From a bacterium (lineage in GTDB: Bacteria > Vulcanimicrobiota > Xenobia > Xenobiales > Xenobiaceae), in NCBI GenBank assembly GCA_017458675.1, contig JAFTAM010000096.1:10210-74209 (forward strand): 64,000 nt of DNA, read 5' to 3'. Under the pieces are notes generated by a model, which was not told the DNA's origin, made no database searches, and worked only from the letters and a program-made list of their open reading frames with translations. Positions 58,976 through 64,000 of the stretch are shown one piece after another. The position numbers were made by a program, and so were the translations under genes. Position 1 is the first letter of the stretch. Every line of letters begins with the position of its first letter.

Positions 58976-60156
58976 TTATGACTTAAAGCTGCGTAGGCAG
59001 CGCCCAGAAGGTTGGCATTGTCAACCTTTATTATCTTAAAGGTAACCTGAGGTCCGACTAATTTGGGAAGGAGCTCCTGCACATAGGGGGCCAGCAGCGG
59101 ATCGGCCCAGTAGCGGCTGCCTTCGGCAGCAATGCAGAAATGTCCCTCGTTGCCTAAAGCTTTGATGAATCCGGCCAGACCGGCGGCGATTAAATCGGCG
59201 GAGCGGGTCAGGATGGCTTCGGCAATTTCATCGTTCTCTTCGTCTCTTTTGGCGGTGAGGACCGAACTGCCTTCGTAGGGATCGAAGGATTTGTCTTCGG
59301 GGCAGGCCTGAGCGTAGAGGAAGGGCAGATAGTAGCCCGACAGCGCCTTCTCAAAGCGCTGACGCCCCGGCATGTCCATCTGGGAATCCATCAGGTCGTC
59401 ATAGGCGTTCAGATAGGGAGGCGTAAAATTGCCCGATTCAAGATTTACGGCCATCGTGGATTTGTTCCAGGGCAGCGCCCCCAGTTTGTTGCAGGGAGAT
59501 ACTTTGACGAAGCCGGCCATGTTGGTTCCGGTGCCGGCGATCAAGCCTATAAATTTGTCAAATTCCTGAGCATGGGCTCCGGCCCCGGCCAGGAGAGCGG
59601 CCACGGTATCGTTCAAAACCGTTATTTTTCCGGTTTGATAGCCTAAATCGGCGAAGGCTTCGCCCAGAAGTTTGCCTACAGGCCGTCCCTCCACGTTGGT
59701 AACATGGATGTCTTTGGTCCAGTGGATCAGGCTGGCGTCGGAATCGGGAGTGGATTGAGCCGGGTAAGAAAAGCAGTAGCCCACCGGCAGATTCGGTTCG
59801 GGATTCAGCTGCAGAGCCAGTTTGGCCTGAAAGGCAAAAAATTCCTGAGAAGAAAAGGGCTTGCCCTGACGTCCGGAGGGGATGTGATCCTTCAGGGGAC
59901 CGGCTTTGACCTCGCAGGTTCCGTCAGGGAATAATTCAACGATGGCAGCCCGGACGTTGGTTCCGCCGATATCGACGATCAGAACCCTGCCCTTCAGACC
60001 CTGAGCGGGCTGCTGCAGATAAGCGGGAATAGCCTTGATCTCTCCGCCGTCTTCATCCAGGCCTTCTTTAATTTTCCGGCACATAGCCTGAGAAATATCC
60101 TGCAGCTGTTCGGAAGTCAGGCGAAAAGCCGCCGCAGTGTTGGCAATATTTTCCAT
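58972..60156 (-). CDS. Hexokinase-family sugar kinase
   Basis: 394 aa. LIVDIGGTNVRAA (hexokinase phosphate-1), GYCFSYP and LNDTVAALLAGA motifs. Confidence 0.8.
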   Translation of the reverse strand: MENIANTAAAFRLTSEQLQDISQAMCRKIKEGLDEDGGEIKAIPAYLQQPAQGLKGRVLIVDIGGTNVRAAIVELFPDGTCEVKAGPLKDHIPSGRQGKPFSSQEFFAFQAKLALQLNPEPNLPVGYCFSYPAQSTPDSDASLIHWTKDIHVTNVEGRPVGKLLGEAFADLGYQTGKITVLNDTVAALLAGAGAHAQEFDKFIGLIAGTGTNMAGFVKVSPCNKLGALPWNKSTMAVNLESGNFTPPYLNAYDDLMDSQMDMPGRQRFEKALSGYYLPFLYAQACPEDKSFDPYEGSSVLTAKRDEENDEIAEAILTRSADLIAAGLAGFIKALGNEGHFCIAAEGSRYWADPLLAPYVQELLPKLVGPQVTFKIIKVDNANLLGAAYAALSHN

Positions 60157-60161
60157 ATATA

Positions 60162-61046
60162 TCAGTTTTGAGCCTCTGAGGAGTAAATTTTTAAAATTTC
60201 AGCGGCGGCCGCCGCTAAGAGCAGGCCGCTTTGAGAACAGTGACAGCGTCCGAAAAGAGGGACGGCTTTATACCATCGGTGAAATGCGTCCAGAAAATCG
60301 ATCATTTGCCAAGCTTCCCTTTTGTTTGTCTTTTCAGCGGCCGAGCGCCGTCTGTCAATATCAGCACCTTTCCGCGCCGACAGAGTTTGCCCTTTAAAGA
60401 TCGGGCTCAGGTACTGCAGAGATTCTATTCTGCTTATCAGAGCCGCGCTTTCCTGAGCCAGACTTTTCCAGGGCGGGGCGGCCTCGGTTTCGGACGTTTG
60501 GAAAACCTCGCCGTCTGTGCGCCCGCCGCTCTGCGGAGGCCAGAGCTTTAAGGCGGCGGCTGTCCTGAAAATATTTTGCAGACGTCGGCAGGCCAGAATC
60601 CAGGCGCTTTTGAGCTCTGCTGAGACCGCATAGGCCGAAGGCGGCGGCAGCTCGCCCAGGCGGGAGAGAGGCGGCCGTTTCGGATGCTCTGCCCGGGCAG
60701 GCGGCGAAGCTGCGGAGCGGACAATATAATCCAAGCCGGCGTCGGTGAATTCCAGCACAAGCAGCTCTCCCCGCAGGCCGAGGCCGGCCAGCTTTGCCGG
60801 AGGCGCGGTTTCGCCGGCGCAGGGAAGCAGCCAGGTTTCAGGGAGCGTTCGGACTGCGGCCGCGCTTTGGACTTTGAATTCGGGGCGGCTGAGAAGGCGG
60901 GAGGTCAGAGCCAGAGCGTCCCAGCGGTTGGGAAAGCCGTCGCGCAGACCGGCCGCGGCCGAGGCAGAATCTAAAAACGGCAGGCGCCGGCAGAGGGCCT
61001 CCGCCAGAATCAGGCGCAGATTTTTTGAAAAGCGTATTTCTGACAT
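60162..61046 (-). CDS. Hypothetical protein (Ala/Pro/Arg-rich), first gene of the minus-strand hyp-hexokinase-NAPRT operon
   Basis: 294 aa ORF 6 nt upstream of hexokinase. No recognised domain. Confidence 0.45.
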   Translation of the reverse strand: MSEIRFSKNLRLILAEALCRRLPFLDSASAAAGLRDGFPNRWDALALTSRLLSRPEFKVQSAAAVRTLPETWLLPCAGETAPPAKLAGLGLRGELLVLEFTDAGLDYIVRSAASPPARAEHPKRPPLSRLGELPPPSAYAVSAELKSAWILACRRLQNIFRTAAALKLWPPQSGGRTDGEVFQTSETEAAPPWKSLAQESAALISRIESLQYLSPIFKGQTLSARKGADIDRRRSAAEKTNKREAWQMIDFLDAFHRWYKAVPLFGRCHCSQSGLLLAAAAAEILKIYSSEAQN

Positions 61047-61162
61047 AATTTAGCTTGAGAAAATGAGCCTGCGTCAGCGGCGGAGCAGGTCCGAGTCGGT
61101 TCCGGATGACATAACGGCATTAACTTCAAAGCAGGGAAGAAATATCTTTTTCAGTAAAAGCC

Positions 61163-64000
61163 ATGTCTATGGACAGCGATACTTTCAATCCCAACATTTA
61201 CAGCTCCGCCGCCGAGGCGCTGCAGGCGCTGCGCCGCGAGGGCGTCAGCTTAAACCACCGTCTGGGGGCCCGGGTCTGCGCCCTGGGACGCCGGCTCATT
61301 CTCTTTTCCTGGGCCTTTTTGGAGGAGGCCGCCGATTCGGAGGCCTTCGGCGAATGTCTGCGCGACAAGCGCTGGAACTCTCTCAATATTGAAGATTCGG
61401 ATACCGTCGCCTCCGTTCTGCAGCCGATAGGGGCCGTATCCAAGCTTGAAGACGGCATTTTGAAGGTCTATACCGAGGACGAAGAAATCGCCTCCGAGCC
61501 GGGCAATGAGCTGGCTCTGCGTTCGGAAATGAGCGGATCGGTAGCGCCGGCGGTGTTGGGCATAGCCGATCTCTCGGGAATCAAAGGGCTGCTTTGGGAT
61601 CGGCAGAGGATAGAAGAAGCTTCGCTGACCCTTCTCGACAGCGAGGACAACACGAAGCTGGTCGAGGCCTTCCGCTATCTGTTCAGAGCCGGCATTACCT
61701 GCGGACAGGACCCGACCGGTCTGCTGATCACCGCCTTTAAGCGCGGCAAACCTGCGCTTTCCTCTGAGGTCATGCGCCAGGTGCGCGATAATTTGGACAG
61801 AGATTTGGGCCGAGCGCTGATCAATCTGCTGGGCGACGATCCCAAGAAATGCCGGGAAGCGCTGCGCTATTTCAATAAACCCGAGCAGGAGCGTTTTCTG
61901 CCGATTTTAAAAGTGATTCTGATCCCGGCTCTGCTGCCTCTGGTTCATAAAGAGGGCTTCAAAAAGAATATTCTGCCCGGACTGCTCCATCTGGCCCCTC
62001 TGATAGGGCGGGTCAGCTCGGCTGACGGTTCGCTGGGCGAGCTGCTGGCCTTTCTGGACGCTCTGCTGGATGATTTAGGCGGTATGGAACTGTCGGAGCG
62101 CTTTGCTCTGTCGGCCTTTATTTATGACTTGGCTCTCCATTCCGAGGACCTGCGCCGATATACAATGGAGCGCTTCCGCAATGCCGAGGCCAGCGGAGAT
62201 TCGGCATTTTTGGGCAACATTTTGGCTCGGCTGCCCATGAGCGATCCGGAATACAAGGAGATAAAGGACAAGCTTATCGAGCTTTTCGCCGTCCATGGCA
62301 GCGAGGCGGGGCTGAGCCGCCGTCTGAGAGCTACCTTCAGATTTTTAGGAACCGACGTTTTGACGGATCTCTGCCAGAGCGCTTTTCTGGAGAGACTGGA
62401 CGAAGGACAGCGCATGTTTGTGGTCAACCTGTGGGACGATTTCCGCAGGCTGCACGGCTCCGCCGGAGACGCTGCCGCTTCACATATCCATTCTCACGGC
62501 GAACATGAGAGCGCCTGCGAATGCGGCTGCCATGAGGCTGACGCGGAATGCGCCCATGAAGAATGCGGCTGCTGCGGACACGGGAGCGCGCGCGGCTTCG
62601 CCGAGACTGCGGAGCGGGAAGAAGCCGCCTGCGGACATGAGAAAAGCGAGGCGGCTGACTTTGATATAAATAAATCGCTGGAGCTTTGGCAGAACCTCAA
62701 CGGACGCGGCCGCACCGTTGATTCCGAGTATATGAACCGCGTTTTTACCGATTTTGTGTTAGGACGCTTAATCAGCAGAGACAAGGCGGCTTCCCTGGCC
62801 TTGGTCCATACCGGCCAGATCGATCTGCCGGTCGTCAAGCAGGCTCTGCAGAACTTAGACAGCCAGCGCTATTCGATATATTCTTTCCTCTTTGAGGAAT
62901 CTTGCCGTCTGGAGGACCCCGACGATAAGCTGGTGCTGGACCTTTTGGCCTCCTGCGGTCCGGGCGGTCTGGAATTCAGCTTTAAGGTCATCAGCGAGGA
63001 GGCGGCTCTGGAATCGGGCGGAGAAGCCGGAAAAATTGCGGTTTTCGGCAGGCTGCTGCATCGCGAGGACCTTTCAGTTCCGCACATGGCCGAGCGAATA
63101 AACGAAATGACGGCGGCCGCTTTGAATTTCCCCAGCCTGTATGAGCGTCCCAAATATCATCTGCTGCCGGTGGTATGGGAAGGTCTGGGCCTTTTAGGAT
63201 CGGTCCCGTGCATCAATGAGGATGTGCGCAGGCGCATCGTCGAGCGTCTTTCCGAAAAGCTTTCCAAGGACCCGCAGGCCAAAGTCGACGCTCTCCTCGA
63301 AATATACAGAGCGGCCGGAGCCGAGGTTAAGGCCCTCATAGAAACTGAGCTGCGCCGAATCTTTACGGACCCCGAGCCGGATCGCCGAGTTCTGAGATCG
63401 TGTCTGGAGGGTTTGCATAAGCTTTTGAGCGACGGACCTCTGCCGGTGGAAATTGAGGCTCTGATTTCCACTCTGTGCCGGACGGTTTTGAGTAAATCCA
63501 AGGAACCCAGCCTGGACGATATTATGAAGCGGATGCTCAGCAAGGAGGCCGAAGGCGACGGGGTACAGATCCCCACGGCCTGGAGCCATGAGGATAAGCT
63601 GACGGCTCTGCGCATTTTAGGGGCGGCGGCTTGCCATAAACAGGCCTCCGAGCGGCTGCACCGGGTTTTGGTTTACCGTCTGTTTTCATTTTTGGACGAC
63701 TGGTTTGCGGGCGTAGAGAAGGGAAGCAACCTTTATGCTTACCGCAGCAATCCCATTTGGCGAGAATTGGTGCAGCTGCTGGAGGTCGATCGCTCGGACT
63801 TTACCGTCAATCTGGCCCGCGAAGCGGCGCTGCGCTTAATGGCCGATTACAGCCGCCGGCTGGAGGGCTGCGATTTAGTGCAGAGCGAAGCCGCTCAGCA
63901 ATTCCTGTTGGAGGCGCTGCGCTGCAGTCAGGGCTTCAGCTGCGAGGTCAACGGCATAAAGGTCGATTTGAGCCATGCCATTATCAACGTCATGATGGAG
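61163..64000 (+). CDS. Large helical-repeat protein (over 945 aa, 3' end beyond the window) with an internal Cys/His metal-binding-like cluster
   Basis: Open reading frame from the ATG at 61163 with no stop to the window end. Leu/Ala-rich alpha-helical (HEAT/ARM-like) composition. HIHSHGEHESACECGCHEADAECAHEECGCCGHG at about aa 440-475. Confidence 0.6.
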   Translation, partial: MSMDSDTFNPNIYSSAAEALQALRREGVSLNHRLGARVCALGRRLILFSWAFLEEAADSEAFGECLRDKRWNSLNIEDSDTVASVLQPIGAVSKLEDGILKVYTEDEEIASEPGNELALRSEMSGSVAPAVLGIADLSGIKGLLWDRQRIEEASLTLLDSEDNTKLVEAFRYLFRAGITCGQDPTGLLITAFKRGKPALSSEVMRQVRDNLDRDLGRALINLLGDDPKKCREALRYFNKPEQERFLPILKVILIPALLPLVHKEGFKKNILPGLLHLAPLIGRVSSADGSLGELLAFLDALLDDLGGMELSERFALSAFIYDLALHSEDLRRYTMERFRNAEASGDSAFLGNILARLPMSDPEYKEIKDKLIELFAVHGSEAGLSRRLRATFRFLGTDVLTDLCQSAFLERLDEGQRMFVVNLWDDFRRLHGSAGDAAASHIHSHGEHESACECGCHEADAECAHEECGCCGHGSARGFAETAEREEAACGHEKSEAADFDINKSLELWQNLNGRGRTVDSEYMNRVFTDFVLGRLISRDKAASLALVHTGQIDLPVVKQALQNLDSQRYSIYSFLFEESCRLEDPDDKLVLDLLASCGPGGLEFSFKVISEEAALESGGEAGKIAVFGRLLHREDLSVPHMAERINEMTAAALNFPSLYERPKYHLLPVVWEGLGLLGSVPCINEDVRRRIVERLSEKLSKDPQAKVDALLEIYRAAGAEVKALIETELRRIFTDPEPDRRVLRSCLEGLHKLLSDGPLPVEIEALISTLCRTVLSKSKEPSLDDIMKRMLSKEAEGDGVQIPTAWSHEDKLTALRILGAAACHKQASERLHRVLVYRLFSFLDDWFAGVEKGSNLYAYRSNPIWRELVQLLEVDRSDFTVNLAREAALRLMADYSRRLEGCDLVQSEAAQQFLLEALRCSQGFSCEVNGIKVDLSHAIINVMME

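Noticed and set aside
61063-61392. 109-aa Arg/Gly-rich ORF
   Set aside because: It is in a different frame from, and largely overlaps, the much longer 61163-64000 ORF, which has coherent helical-protein composition.

Overview
This 64 kb window is a chromosomal segment of a moderately GC-rich (about 55-58% by eye) flagellated bacterium with several AT-rich islets. Protein calls below are motif-level recognition from the translations; no database search was possible. From start to end it contains:
(1) A flagellar operon on the minus strand, flgB-flgC-fliE-fliF-fliG (522-5171).
(2) A plus-strand cluster of two paralogous polytopic membrane proteins and two paralogous 467-aa proteins rich in L-T/S-x-x-Q motifs (5823-12974), followed by recQ.
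(3) A His-rich-repeat TPR protein, lysS and greA.
(4) A minus-strand four-gene operon (18484-22299) whose third gene is a clear homologue of cyanobacterial acyl-ACP reductase (AAR), flanked by a class-III aminotransferase and a lipid-binding-type SRPBCC protein. This is the most interesting candidate for an undescribed pathway.
(5) A FecB/BtuF-type ABC importer, an M48 peptidase and rapA.
(6) A tRNA-Pro/Arg/His/Lys cluster with a perfect sigma70 consensus promoter, followed by an orphan IS3-type OrfA-like HTH gene, a secreted protein and efp.
(7) A lipoprotein, a pseudokinase fused to an FGE-sulfatase domain, a SpoIID/LytB-like protein, a SIS-domain protein and an orphan XdhC-family protein.
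(8) A 131-133 bp tandem repeat array with a covarying internal inverted repeat, flanking a PBP4-type D-Ala-D-Ala carboxypeptidase gene.
(9) A Cys-rich small secreted protein and a DUF3300-like Ser/Pro/His-rich protein.
(10) An RluA-family pseudouridine synthase gene, miaA, an AT-rich SGNH-like gene, dapF, an M24 aminopeptidase and a fused tandem 6-phosphofructokinase.
(11) An AT-rich Type IIS-like restriction-modification island (two D12-class adenine methyltransferases plus a roughly 600-aa endonuclease), preceded by three copies of a dispersed 26-30 bp REP-like element.
(12) NAPRT, a eukaryote-type hexokinase, a hypothetical protein, and the 5' part of a very large protein with a Cys/His cluster running off the window end.
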